A stretch of DNA of 64,000 nucleotides, taken from the NCBI RefSeq assembly GCF_009914755.1, contig NC_060931.1; one strand, 5' to 3'. This DNA is from the human T2T-CHM13v2.0 reference genome, Homo sapiens. The notes beneath the pieces were generated by a model, which was given only the letters and a program-made list of their open reading frames with translations, searched no databases and had not been told where the DNA came from. The translations under genes were made by a program, and so were the position numbers. Of this stretch, positions 39,192 through 55,924 are shown in pieces (the stretch's first letter is position 1; each line of letters starts with the position of its first letter).

Positions 39192-39552
39192 TGTCTTAGT
39201 CTGTTGTCACATTTCTATAAGGAAATACCCAAGACTGGGTAATTTATAAAGAAATGAGGTTTAATTGACTCACAGTTCCTCATGGCTGGGGAGGCCTCAG
39301 GAAACTTACAATCACGGGGTAAGGCACCCCTTCTCACAAGGCAGCAGGAGAGAGAATGAGTGCCAGCAGGGGAAATGCCAGATGCTTATAAAACCCTCAG
39401 ATCTTGTGAGCACTCACTATCACGAGAACAGCATGGGGGGAACTGCCCCATGATTCAATTAGCTCTTACTAGGTCCCTCCCACCACATGTGGGGATTATG
39501 GGGATTAGAACTCAAGATGAGATTTGGGTGGGGACACAGCCAAACCATATCA
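39192..39552 (-). mobile_element. THE1/MST solo LTR
   Basis: TG...CA termini and typical THE1 body; 5-bp TSD GACCC at 39187-39191 and 39553-39557. Confidence 0.9.
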
Positions 39553-40769
39553 GACCCTATCTGGTTTTAGAGGTTTCCTGAACAGTTCCAATCAGCTCTC
39601 TACTAGGACAAATCATGAAGAAGTTGCCCCCGCTAATAATGAAGCCAGTACTTACCCAACACTGAGATGGTGTCAGCAGCTGCATCCCAACAATAGAAGA
39701 AGGGACATCCAGTGGTCTGGATATTCTACTGAAATGCTCCAAGAGTGACAGGCAATAGGAGCAGGGTGGGGGATGGGGAGGAAGACATTGATAGAGAGAG
39801 CTTGAGGGGCTCCAGAATTTGACTGAGTTTAATCATGTTGTCAAGGAGAATGCCTGCTGGTTCAATGACTGTGGCTAAATGCTTGAGAACTCTAGAGCAA
39901 GCACTGGGACATGTTGAGAACAGTGGGGCCCTCAGATCAGTTTCTTACCAATTATCTGAGGATAGGACATAGGTGTTTATTTTGTATTAAGGCCAAAGAT
40001 TCTATTTTCAGAGGAGAGTACAAAGAGGTGCAACTGATCAAAGAAACTTAGAAAAACAGCTGAAGTGGAGCCATGCTCAGTCCTCACGGGGCAGTCCTTA
40101 CAGAGATTCAGTACCCTGGGCTGGTTGCATGGTCCACCCACTCTAGCTGTGCACCCCTCTGCTGCGTGTCTTTTCTGTGCCCCTCTGCCCTGGTTGCTCA
40201 GAGTTTCCTATTACTCAAGACTCCTATTGCTCTATAGTAACTGTGCATTGCTTTTGCTTGTATTGGTATCTCTTGCTTTTATAATTGACAAACTGTTTCA
40301 TATTATCACCAGCTAAGAATCAAATGAGAGTGAATATGATAAACTCTGAGTCTTCTCTTGGTGAAAAGTGATTCCGCAAGGCCTACCACATTGGCTTCCT
40401 GAGCTAGTCAGCTGAATGCAGGAGGTCCTGTGGCTCACAGCATGACTTCCTTGCCCAAGACTGTTTCTCCTGGCAAAATGGGAGCCAGGATTGCTTAGAA
40501 GTGGGGGACGTGGAAATGACAGTCATCTTGAATTTTGGTCTTTTTGATACATTCACTTGGAATGTTTCCAACCTCCTGTAAGAAGACAACTGCCAGTATT
40601 ACAAGACCCTTGTCTACTAAAAGCAAAACTGCACACAAAGAAAACCCTACTGTAAAGCATGTTTTCTTATGTCCTTTGAACAAAGTAGACTTTATTGTTG
40701 CAAAGTTTGCAACCCATTTTAAAGACCAACAAACTTTATAAGAGACGATAGTGCTAAAGAAATAGTCCA

Positions 40770-41128
40770 TCTATCTGATCCCACTTCCCAGGCCCTTGCA
40801 ATTAGGCAGGGCCATGTGACTGGTTCTGGGTACTGGAGGGAAGAGAAGTGTGCCCTTTCTAGGATGAAGGATAAAACAGCCAATGCGTGACTCTCAGCTC
40901 AGCTTTTCCTTGTGGCTGTGATGGAGAGATTCCTGTGTTTTATGTGATCAGCTGTAGGCCAGTGATGCCTTTGTCAGCTTGAGCACCTGAGGATTTGTGG
41001 GGCAAAGCCCACTGAGCTACATTGGAAATAGAGCACAAAAGGGAAAGGAAGCAAACTTCCTCGTTTTAAATCACAGGGATGTTGTGGTGATTTTGCAAAA
41101 CATAACCTGGCCTGTCCTGACTTTACAC
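40770..41128 (+). mobile_element. MaLR MLT1 (I/J-like) LTR fragment
   Basis: TTCCCAGGCCCTTGCAATTAGGCAGGGCCATGTGACTGGTTCTGG...CATAACCTGGCCTGTCCTGACT. Confidence 0.6.
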
Positions 41129-41319
41129 AGAAGGATGCTGGCAGATCCCCGCAGGAGGACACCGGTGTGAGTAGCACTGTCTACCTTGGAGCTGGAGGCC
41201 AATGAGACTCCCTAATCTACAACTCAGGCTGAGTCTCTCAGCTTCAGGTAACGTCTCAGAGGTTTGTCTTCCCCGTACTGCTGGCATCCCTCTGTGGAGG
41301 ACCCAGAATCCAATTTCTT

Positions 41320-42775
<1,456 letters not shown>

Positions 42776-43064
42776 GATTTCTGTTCATCAGTGTTCCAAT
42801 TAGTGATTTGTTCTCAAGATACCTTTAAGATTGGTGAGTTTTGTAATGTGTCCCTTTTGTCTGTGGACACAAGAATCCACTTCATATCTCCTAGTCTTAC
42901 CACAGAATTTTGTCCAGCTTTATGGAAAAATCAGGGGCAACTTATTCAATAGACTTTCTAGTCCTGTCCTCCTCCCTCCATTCCCATAATATTTATGAAT
43001 GAGGTAATAAATGATGGGAACAGAAAAGAGAGCCTGGCATGTCTTATGCAAGGTAATTCATTAG

Positions 43065-43382
<318 letters not shown>

Positions 43383-43384
43383 AC

Positions 43385-43680
43385 ATTTTTAAAATTTAGT
43401 TAAAATTTCAAAAATTGACAAATAGCTGTATATATTCATGGGCTACATAGTGATGTTTCTATCCGTATAATGTATAGTGACTACATCAGGGTAATCAGCA
43501 TATCCATCATCTCAAACATGTATCATTTCTTTGTATTGGGAACATTCAATATCCTCCCTCTAACTATTTTAAAGTATATGTTATTGTTAACTACAGTCAG
43601 CCTTCAGTGCTATAGAATACCAGAACTTATTCTATCTAGCTATAATTTTGTGCCCTTTAACTAATCTCTCCCTTCCCCCT
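43385..43680 (-). mobile_element. L1MA 3' end fragment
   Basis: GTATATATTCATGGGCTACATAGTGATG...ATCCATCATCTCAAAC...GGAACATTCAATATCCTCC. Confidence 0.75.
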
Positions 43681-44641
43681 TCCAACATTTTACCAAGAGA
43701 GTGAACTTTGGTGGCACATTTCTCCACACTTGAGTGTTGCTGTGTGCAAGTACAATGCTAAAGTCTTTGGGGACATCAACTCAATCCTTGTAATGACTCC
43801 AAGTGGCAGGAAATGTTACTATTCCTATTTTATGGATGAGAAAACAAGCTTGAGAGGGTATATGACTTAGAGCAGGCGGAGCCCAGTTGGCCACAGATTT
43901 GTCTGGCTTCAGAGCAAACTTACCAACTGTCCTAAATGCTTCTCCTGGATGCTATCCCCAAAGGATGTACTTAATAACTAACTTCTGAAAAATGAAAATA
44001 AAAGCAGTCATGAAGGACAGGAGTTTTCCCTGTTTTTGCATTTGAATTGCTTTCTACAACTTTTAATTTCTAGCAAACACTTAAGAAGCATTGGCCTGGG
44101 AGTCAGTCCTGGAAAACCAAGACTAGTAACCACAGGAATGTGATTACTCGTCTTGGGTTTCCTTAACTTTAAACCTAGTTCTCCACGTCCCTTTGGTCTC
44201 CTCAGTTTCTTCACATAGATATGAGCAGGTTGGAAGCAAAAAGCTCTAGGACTCCTTTTGTGATTCCATGAAGTCAGCAGGAAGGTCAGTATTCTCAATG
44301 GGCCACTAAGAGCTCCAAGCTTCCAGCCCCAGTGCCTGCTGGGGAGTGGCCTCATGGCACAGGTGGGAGGCGCCTAATAGGGGGGTTTTTGGAAACCACT
44401 GCAGTTCTTTAACAACCCTGTTTCATAGCCCTCTGGAAAGACTGGAAAAGCATTTCCTGAAAGTCCTCCACTGGAAACTAGAGTGGCTGTCTTGTATTTT
44501 CCTGCCTAACATCCATTTTTTTTTCTTTCTCTAGTAACAGCATCCCAATTCTGCCTTAAGGAACTTTCTCTATTCTTGGTCCTTGAGGGTGAGACTCCAG
44601 TGCCTGAAAAGCTGGGCACACAGCCCATTTCCCACCATGAC

Positions 44642-44740
44642 TACTATGGTTTGAATATATCCCCCAAAGTTCATGTGTTGGAAATTTAATTGCCATTGCA
44701 ACAGTATTAAGAGGTGAGGCTTTAAAGAGGTGATTAGTCC
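44642..44740 (+). mobile_element. MST/MLT1A LTR 5' fragment
   Basis: TACTATGGTTTGAATATATCCCCCAAAGTTCATGTGTTGGAAATTTAAT...GAGGTGATTAG. Confidence 0.75.
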
Positions 44741-44749
44741 AAAAAGGAG

Positions 44750-45317
<568 letters not shown>

Positions 45318-47707
45318 AATAGCACCATGCATAAGTCCTGCCTACAGGCCCACCGACGCCTCGGGCCGCCTCTGAGTAGATCACGTCTTTTTGGGAAAAA
45401 CCACTGACAAAAAGTGCTGGTTCGTCCTAAGTTGGTGCATTTCTAATTCTGAAGCTGACGGGTGCTTTTCTCACTTTCCCAGAGCTCAAAAATCAACTTG
45501 ATATTTCTAAAATTACATTTTGAAGGAAATGAATCTATAAGGTACACCAAAAGCCCAAGCCAGCTGGGGAAAGAAGAAAGAAGGAAAAAGAATTTTCTCT
45601 GGCTCCCTCCCTTAAATTTGTATATTCTTTAAATCTTGGCTGGGGGACAGGGAAGGGAGCCTGGCAGACCACCCCACCTGGATTGGCAGGAAAGCTTTCC
45701 AGGAATAGGTGCTCTCTAAATCGCCCCAAAGGGTTCAGTGCAACTGTGATTCAGACCAGGCTCTCATCATGAAATGAAAATGAGGGACATGTGGGAGTGT
45801 ACAGGAAGAGGGTACAGGAAGTGTACAGGAAGAGGGTAGCGTACCTTTGTCTTCTTCATACCAGGGCCAGTCCTTGGGTGGCTGAGGAGGGTCCGGGAGG
45901 TGCGTCCTGGAAGAAGCCCTTTGGCCCCGCAGGCACGCAGGCCACTTAAAAAGAGAATCAGGCAGCAGCTGCTGCTGTTTAAACTGAAAAGGTGGTCCAC
46001 CGGCTTTGCATGAGCCCGGATCAAAACACGCATATCAAAAGGGATCAAGATGCTGGCCAAGTGGATTGCAGTTAGAAAAGGGAATTGAATCTTTTGTTTT
46101 TTTTAAGGTCAAGAAAATATGGAGAGAAAATGCCTCCATGTGCAATTCTTTCCTTGTCCTTGTAGTGAAGCTTGTCCAGCTACCACAATCCTCTCCCCTC
46201 CACCCAAAGAGCAACTTTTAAATGCCACCTGTTAGTATTTAAAGTAATCCATTCAAAATAGATGAACCCCACCCCCTTTGCTGTCCCACCCTTTCCCCCA
46301 CCAAGCTCTCTGGGCCTCTAGCCTGGACGGAGCGAGTCAGTGCCTCGTCCCTCATCTTCTTACTGTGGTTGCAGGGTTTTCACAGCTGCAAATGTGACCC
46401 AGGATGAAACCAGGACTGAGTCCACATTCCATGAAGGGCAGCTTGACTCCCCCAATCATTAATCCATTGCTGACGAGGTGACTGCAGGGTGCTGACTGCC
46501 GGAGAGACAGAGATTTGGAGAAACAGGGAGACTGTTCTTTGGGGTCATAGCACCTAGTGGTAGAGGCAGATACATAAAGCACAGTCCTTGTGAGGCCAGG
46601 GCAAGCACCATCCTAGTGTCGCTGTATGAGATGGGAGAGAGGCAGGAAGGGAGGGCAGGAGCTGATGAAGTGTCACGGAGAGGTGAGGGCTGGTTCCTCA
46701 CAGGAGACCTGGGGGATGCACTTGGAGAGGTCCTTGTGGAGCACGTCGGCTCTACAGAGGCTCTGGAAGGGTAGGTGGGGTTGTGATGGCATCCCAGCAG
46801 ACGTGCACAGCAAACACACAGGCCCAGGGTGGGGAGCAGAGGCTGAGGGTACAGCAAGGCCTCCTGTGTGAGTGCGGGAAGGCTCACAAGGTGAGGCTCT
46901 GGTACTGAACTCTTCATATCCTCAAAGCCCACCAATGCCGGGTTGAGGAATCTGCTAAATGAGATTCTAACAAAGGAGACCCCCTGGATAGCTGATGGTA
47001 GGCCCGGATGTTAGTGGGGTTCCGTGAGCTCCCTAACATGCCCCATTTCACCTGCAGTGCACTTTCCTGTGCAGAGAAAGAACACCTCAACAGTCCCCCA
47101 TCTCCAGTCCTCCAAGGTGTCTTGTAGGGATGGAGGTGATTGCTGTGGCCAGGTCCTTCCATGAGCCGTTCCTGTATGTGTGTGTGTGTGTGTGTTACAG
47201 GAAGTGGCCTCAGGAAGCCCTTTCAGAGCTGGGCACTGAAGCTGCAGGAGTCCAGGAGAGACCTCCTGGCCCAACCAAGCATGTGGAACCATCTCCTGGG
47301 GCAGTATTAGATTCCACCCCTACTCTGGGCCTCTAGCTCATTGAAAGGGGTATACATGGGCTTCCACAGATCTGTGTGGGCCCTCGGCAGGTCACCTGTG
47401 ACATGTGTGGCAGGGAGAGGTGCCAGCTCTGGGGTCTCTAATAGTGGCAGAGTATCCGAGCTGCCCAAATGTAAAACTGTGGCTCCCACCCCTGCCTGAT
47501 CCTTCAAGCCCCATGTTGTCCTTCCTGCTGCTGCCTTATCTGGGTGGTACATGGGGTCAAATCAACAGCTTCAAGGCTGCAGTTGGGACCCATCCTTCTC
47601 CTCTGTCCCACTCCCACACCCACACCCAGAGCACTTTCCTCAGCACATCACTGAGTCCCCACAACAGACTCCATAAACTTGACTTTGCATGTCAAATATC
47701 TTTTCTG

Positions 47708-47713
47708 TTTAAT
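47708..47713 (-). terminator. ICA1: ICA1 distal poly(A) signal ATTAAA
   Basis: Variant hexamer preceded on the minus strand by a U16 tract. Confidence 0.55.
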
Positions 47714-48307
47714 TAAAAAAAAAAAAAAAACAATGTCACAAGAGGCTTCAGAAATACATGCTTTTGAATTCCAGCCACGAAGAGGACAAAAGGAGACAGT
47801 GGTATCTGCAAATATGGCTGCTTTCCATAGTAAGGTTTGTGCCTTGGACAGAAGCCCAGCTCCTCCACCAGTGTGAGAACACGTGGCCCACCAGGCACCT
47901 GCTGTGGGGACAGTGTCTTTGGTTGGCCAGAGCTTCATCCAGAGCTCACTGGAAGGTGGCTTGGCAGGAAGAGGGAATCTTCCTACAGCCCTCCTCCAAG
48001 GGGGACAGAGGCTGGGGGCAGAGAAGGAGGCATTTAAGCTTTGCTAGCCTCCTGCTGCCTCTGAGGCTGTAGGACACGTCATTCAAACCTACCATCAAAG
48101 TAGGCTTCTGATTTCAACTTGGATCTCACGGTAGCCCAGTGACACCGCAGCAGCCATGATGGGATGTAGGCAGGAGAGCGGTGGCCTGGAAACCGCTTCT
48201 AGACAATCCTGTATTATTTAGATCCACATAGAGATACACGAAAACCCTTTATACCAAATAAGAGTAAATAATTATACCAATATAAACAGGGCCGTTGACC
48301 CTTTCAT

Positions 48308-48313
48308 TTTATT
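48308..48313 (-). terminator. ICA1: ICA1 proximal poly(A) signal AATAAA
   Basis: About 110 nt after the stop, followed on the minus strand by U/GU-rich sequence. Confidence 0.65.
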
Positions 48314-48422
48314 AAAATGGCACATAATTATTAAAACAGCATACTGATCACTTTATACTTCTGCTAGCCCCCAGGGGAGCTGCTGGGGGCGGCATGTGAG
48401 TGCCCTCCCGAAGGGTACAGAT

Positions 48423-48719
<297 letters not shown>

Positions 48720-51413
48720 TTAACATTTCCAAACCAGGGCCTGAAGCTCCGAGAATAACAAGCTCTTGTGTTAACAAACTCCCACCTGCACCCCAACCCC
48801 ACTAATGGCCATAGCCCATGAAAAGCTGATCAAACCCTCGGGCCCTGCCACTTCACCACAACCAGGAAATAGCATAGTTATTTCAGAAATCAGACTGAAT
48901 GGCTGAGGAAGCAAGGGGCTTTCCACTGTCTGCTGGAGGAATCTTTTCAAATCTGCTGGGTCAGGAGAAATATTATGGCCACTCTTTCTACCCTTCAAAG
49001 CAACAGGCCCAAAAGTGTTTGGCGCCCAGGCCTGGCTTCTCCTCTTCTCTCAGGGTCACTGCCTTCTTCAATCCTTTCCTGTTAAAAGGAGGGCCCTGAC
49101 ATGCCTTCCCTTCTCCCAGGGGGTCAATTCCCCTCACTCTTCAGCCTCATTGGAATACTCCCTTCTGCTCTTCCACCTAAACACCTGCCCTAACTTCCTG
49201 AATACCACGATTATACAGCCAAATTATTTTCCAGATGAGGAGAACATTTTCAAAAGAGTGCCTCATGCAAGTGATTTCTAAATAAGATGAAGGCTTTGTT
49301 TAAAATACATAAATCATTCCACATGAGAATCTAAGTTCATTGGCTTGGATGACCTGTGTTTTTTTCTTCTCCAACAGGTGGGAGTGTCAGAAACATGAAG
49401 AAAACGTCTCTGATGGGTGATCCTTCTAGCTGAGAGCAGCTAGGAATGTGCTTGCCATCTGGCTGAAAAGAGTCTCAGGAAGTGTTGGTAGGACAAGTTG
49501 CTAAAAGTGGTTAGTGAGGGGATAGAGGCAATGGGATTATATCAGTATAAACAGGGCCTTTGATCCTTTCATCAAAATGGCACTGAAATGCTAAGATAGT
49601 GTACCGATCACTTTATACTTCGGATTCCCCTCCCTCTTTTTGTAAAAAAAGTCTTTTGTAGATATTAATGTATCTACATGTAAAAATCAGTGTATCTATG
49701 ATGGTGAGAAAACTATATCAAGACTAGTGGGTAATATGCAAGTTATTACTATGTAACATTGAATTCCATGTGCAATTAGCCCTGGAATCATCTGGTTTAT
49801 CTTGATATGAGTATCAGAGACAAGAGAGCTCACTGTAGCTTAGTTGGAGGGGGAGTGGGCAGGGTATTGCCTAAAAAAAGGCAATACTGATTTCGCTGGA
49901 TTAGCCTATCTCTATTCTTGCTAGAGGATATCAAAATATCTTAAAGACGACTCTAGTGAAAAGATGCTACATGCTTGTTTCCCCTTCCTTCTAACCTCCT
50001 CAAGGGTCTTAGGAGGTCTTCTGAGCGTTCTCATGGCCTTGCCGTGAGGAGCCAGTGATTGTGCTTTGGGACAATCCTCACATTCCCCAGGCAGCCACTG
50101 TTGGAGACAAAGCAGGTGCAACTTATTTGCATAACACTTAAAAGAGCATCATGGGAACATTTTTTGATGATAATGGAGTACACACTTCCTTCAACTTCCT
50201 GTGGCCAACAAGAGAAAGTCAGTGATACCAAAGAAACAGAGCTAGAGCTGCAAACACAGATGATATCTTCAGTCGAGCAGAGGCTCCCTTGGGGGACCTG
50301 TCCCAAAAGAGAACAGATCTCATGAACTTGAAATGACCTCTTTTGACAACTATGAAACCTGGCCCTTTCTGAGGTGCACAAATTAAATGCCCTATTTGGT
50401 GGTGGCAATGGTATTTCTGGCTAAAAATAGCAAACCTCAGAGGCCTTTCATACCTTGGTATTTCCAACCAAACTTGGGGACCACCCAACCACATGTAGAT
50501 ATTTGACTCATCCACATTAGGTACAATTTGATAAAGGGAATTATGAATGAGGACATTAAGCCAGAAAAAGAAGTCAGAATGTAATTTCTGGGATTATGCG
50601 AAATTCTCCATCTCATAGCCCTGTCTTGAGCCCTAGATGTTCAAATGGAAATTAGCAAAGTAGTACAGAAAACAGGTTAGGCCACTGGAAAGGAAGGCAG
50701 CTGTCATTTCAGAGAGACAAAATGCTGTTATTACCTTTCACTGCAGGGCTGTTGTCATTTGGACTGCTTGTCTTTGGTACTGGCCATGGAGTAGGAGGGG
50801 GATTGACATTGCTCTCTGACCAGTCTAATATTCAAAACCAGAGCATATCAGATCTAGTGAAGAAGTCACATGGACCCACCAGTTGATGGCCACATCCGTG
50901 GTTGCCTCCGAATAAAAATAAGACATTTCTCCCATGTTCCTCATACTGGAATACATTTGAGGAGATAGGAGATATGCATCATCGAACCCAATCCAAAAAT
51001 ATGAAAAATGAAGGAAAAGGTTAGATTCTGAAAAGCAAATAAACTATTGCTATGGATAAGGCATCTTTGCTTTTTAGCTTTATTTATGCCCATTTTTCTT
51101 CTCAAGCACAATCGTTTCATGATCATACCAAAGATTATCAGTGGTGCTCTAAGGAAAGCAGGTGCCTTGTTTTTCTGTCACAAATGGGGAAAAGCTTAAA
51201 AAAGAGAACACCATTAAATGAAGCAATAGGACTAGTAACTGCACATCTTCTCGACTTCCAATATGATCCAGTCCTTTTATTTTCTACACAGCTAATTTAA
51301 ATTGGGAGATTTAATTAATACAGATAAGTAAATAACAGTCCAGTCCAAATATATGAGGGGGAAAGAAATCCCTCGTTAACTTTATGCCCCCCATTACAAT
51401 GGTATTTGGCTTG

Positions 51414-51793
51414 TGATATGGTTAGGCTTTGTGTCCCCACCCAAATCTCACCTTGAACTGTAATCCCCATGATCCCCATATGTCAAGGGAGAGACTAGGT
51501 GGAGGTAACTGAATCATGGGGATGGTTTCCCCCATGCTGTTCTCCTGATAGTGAATTCTCGCGAGATCTGATGGTTTTATAAGGAGCTCTTCCCCATTTG
51601 CTCCACACTTCTCCTTCCTGGCTCCTTGTGAAGAACATACTTTGCTTCCCCTTCATCTTTGCCATGATTGTAAGTTTCCTGAGGCCTCCCCAGTCATGCT
51701 GAACTGTGAGTCACTTAAACCCCTTTCCTTTATAAATTATCCAGTCTTGGGCAGTTCTTTATATTAATAGCAGTGTGAAAACGGCCTAATACA
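51414..51793 (+). mobile_element. THE1 (D-like) solo LTR in ICA1 last intron
   Basis: TGATATGGTTAGGCTTTGTGTCCCCACCC...GCCATGATTGTAAGTTTCCTGAGGCCTCCCCAG...CTAATACA. Confidence 0.9.
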
Positions 51794-53331
51794 CGTTGTA
51801 TAACCCAAGCACATGTTCTATAATGCCTCTTGTGCCCTGCCTGCCCCAGAATGGTTAAGAGGCATTCAGCACTCCTGTTTTAGGGACAGCAAACCTAGTT
51901 CCACACAGCATTTACTGTCTGTCCTGGAGGTTTTCACATGACTCATATTTAAAGCAGAACTTTACCATAAGCTTCTTTGCACCTCTGCTTTCATTGTATA
52001 TATGCAAGTCTTACCTTCTCAATGAGACAAGGAATTTTTTGTTTTTCAATTTGCTCCAAAATACTTAACACAGCACAGGTAGATGTTTGCTGATTAAATG
52101 GATTGTTGATTCTCACTATAAAATGTAGACCATCAGAGGATGCATCACTGTTGGGATCATTGTGCTTAAAACTGTATCCTTTTATTGGCATACTCTCGTC
52201 ACAGTGTTTTTTAAGGAAAAGATTTGTATCTGATAAGGCCCTCAAGAGAGATCATGTTTGGAAGGCGAGTTCAGATGGGGCAGTGAAACCAATGTCCAGA
52301 GCAAGAATGCCACTCAGTATATGGCACAAAAAGTATAGGATTTAATGCCACTTGTTCACTCTGCCATTCTAAGCTTTACACTTTCCAGTGGACTTCATTA
52401 CAGAATTACACTCTATTTCTTAGTTTACACTTTCATCTCATTTCCTAGAGTCCTGAGCCCCTGGAAGCCAGGGACAATGTATTATTCATCTTTATATCCT
52501 TTAGTGCACTGAATGCTACACAATGGGTGTTCAAATATATGACTATTGCATTAACATAAACAGAGTACTCTTTTAAACCGTGAGTATACTTCTAAAGCAT
52601 TATTTTAAGAGATGGCAAAGCAGTACCTGGCACATATTCATTATTACAATAATACTCACTGGTTGAAGTATTTCATTTTAGGCAAATGGCACAAACCTCA
52701 CGAACTTATTTATCAAGACTAACTTAATGAAACAGGTGGCCTGCGACCTATTTACTCAATCTAGAACAATGAAAAAATACGAAGAGTTCTAAAAGGCATT
52801 GTTATTCATTGGAAAGGTGTTTGAACATATACATAACAGAATTCACAAACAATCAAAAGTACTAGGCTTGGAGGGAGCTATCTGGGACCGTGGAAATGTT
52901 CTAACACTGGACTGTGGTGAAGGCTGCACAATATAAAGTTACCCGAAATCCTTGAGCTGTTCTCTTACAGTGGGTGAAGTTTTGGCATATAAATTATACT
53001 GCAATAAAACGATTTTTTTTAATGACCAGTATTTGGTGTAATCCAGGAATAACATAACCTCCCTGGTTCCTAGAAAATTGGCCCCTGACCATTTTCCTTC
53101 TAGACCCAAATCACATAAAACAGTGGTAAATGTGGAAAGTTAAAGTTGTGGTTTCTGTGTGTGCCAAATAATGCTGATCATAGAAAAGCTGAGAAGTATT
53201 GAATCTAACTGGTAACTGTCACCCTTTCCTTCAATCCTTCTCCAACACTAAGTGTACCCAAGACCCACCTGTCCCCAGAGCCCATGCCACCTTTCCCCTA
53301 ACCCCTGCAGCTTGCCCTCAGTCTCTCAGAA

Positions 53332-53512
53332 CCATGGTTCTCACAATGTGGGCCCTCAACAGAGGCATGGGCATCACCTATGTGCTGGTTAGAAATTCAA
53401 GCTCACGAGCCAATGCTGACCTACTGAATCAGAATCCCTGCAGGTAGAGCCCGGGAAGATTTTAGCAAACTCTGAGTGATTGTTATGTAAGTAAAAGTTT
53501 GGGAAGCACTTC
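53332..53512. mobile_element. MER5A DNA transposon
   Basis: TGGTTCTCACAATGTGG...GACCTACTGAATCAGAA...AAAGTTTGGGAAGCACT. Confidence 0.75.
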
Positions 53513-54063
53513 CTCAGTTGGTCTCTGAGGCTGCCTAGGTCACCATTTCTATTAGAATCACAGGATGCCTTTTGGGCCAGTGTGAGGACGAGAGAGGTTC
53601 TCCTAAGAATCAGAGGGGCCCACTTCAGGACCCCACACTCCCAGGCAGCTGACTCCAAATCTTGCAGCTTTATGCTCTTCGATCCTATGGTCCTCTGACA
53701 GAGTTCCTGGAGGGCCAGGAGCTTCCAGAGAGAACTTGAACTGACTCAGTAAAGCCAGGTGAGGAGTAGAAACCCCTCCCTGATCTCTGTATGCTATGTG
53801 ACACAATGGGAACTCAAACAAGATCATTCTTCCCATTTCAAAAACATGCACGACACTCAGCTGCAGAGAACACTGGAAAAAAGAGGCAGACTCGAAGCAT
53901 TATATTTTTCAAAGTATGACATGAACGCATTCCTAAGAGGAGGCAGAAATCAATTTATATGTCAAAATGGAACTCACTTCCCATCATGTAATGTGCGTGT
54001 TCTTGGAAAGCTATAAATAAGTGAAACATCTGTGTATCAAGTCATACTTTAAAAGAAGCCAGA

Positions 54064-54365
<302 letters not shown>

Positions 54366-55924
54366 AGGACCCAGGAATACAAATTATATTTTCAAACATG
54401 TGATTTAAAAGATGATAATGGCAGATTCCTTTATAGACAAAACAGATATCTTCTACTTGAATTCCTTTGTAAGTATGGATTTTTAAATATTGTTCACCTA
54501 AAACACTCATGAACCATACAATGAACACCTAGAACCCATGGATTTGGAGGCTTCTCTGCAGCAGAAGACATGAAGATGATAAAGCCTGAAGATATCCCCT
54601 CTTTGGGAGCTAAGATGACGGGAACAGTACACCTCAGAATGTTCACAAACACACACAGGGTATCATTATTCCCTTTCCCCGTAGTGTGAGGCAGAAACAA
54701 CAGCCAGTTTGCCAAGTCACATTCTTTTCTCCGAACAATTATTAAGCATCAGTCTAACAATTTGACTACATGCGCATGAAGAGATAAAATAGTATGTCTA
54801 TGACACCGACTATTTATGGGAAAAAAAGCAAATACTAAGCTCAGCTACAGTTCCAACCTCATTCATATCACTTTGGAAATTATTTAGGGGAAGGGTGCAA
54901 TGAGGGTAATTATGGATTGAATGCCAAGCCAGATTTCAACTGTCTTGGCTTCTGTCAGGAAAAAATGCTATTTAAAGAGAACTTAGTGTTGCTAATATTC
55001 CCATAATTGCCATCAACTGTTCTCTAGCTGGTGTGAGTTGGCTGAGGCATTTTTAACATGAAGGTGTGGCTAGAAAGATGTCGGCCCATCTCAGAGTAGT
55101 TCTGTCAGGAGAGGGGTGGTGACGAGTGAGCAACCAGGGCACTGAGTTGTGAGAACAAAATGACTACCCTAGCTTTCAGGATCCTTTGATATATCAGATG
55201 TGCTACCCATTTGCAGGAAACAAATAAAATTTTATTAGAGCAAACTGCCCCCCCTTACTTACATAAAGGAAAGTCTAAATCAGCCAGGCATAAGGCCGGC
55301 CAGCTACAGCAGCAAGTGAAGCCAAAGGACACCGCCCAGAGCTGCGCTTTGCCATGGGTGTCATTTACCAGCGGGGAGAGCCGAAGCCCGGGGCTGGGAG
55401 GGGATCACAGCCTGGAGAGCTCTGCGGTGGGGCTGCCCGTGAAGGGGAGAGTGGGAACACCACAACCACGTGGCCAAGCACCATCCTGACACCCACAGTT
55501 CCCCCTCAGGCCTAGTTTCCATGCCTGCAAGGGGTAGATAAAATGTCCTGCTTCATTTGGGGGTTGTCTGGATAAAATGGGATCTTGTAGATGAAACCAG
55601 GTAGGAGACAGACTAGAGAGCAGGCCCTCAGTAAACCTAAGCTGAATCTGGGAGTTTGTAAGCTAAGCAGATGGCAGGACTAACCCCTGAGGACATCATC
55701 TTCAAGGGTTCTCATTTTAGGACTGGTTTCATCTAGTGTCATTTGTCAGTTGTCCTCTCCCCCACTTCTTGCCTGCCATCCAGCCAGCCAGCCAGCCAGC
55801 AAGTACTTTTGAACATTTACTGTATTCCAGGCACTGAGCTGTGTTCTGGAAATACGATGGTGAGCAACATAAATATGGGACCTGTTCCCATGACAACCTA
55901 GAGCAAGAGACAGAAAATGGAATC

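Larger units (their letters stand above)
47685..48422 (-). other. ICA1: ICA1 3'UTR (distal end approximate)
   Basis: Minus-strand AATAAA (plus TTTATT 48308-48313) and ATTAAA (plus TTTAAT 47708-47713) lie downstream of the stop. Confidence 0.75.
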
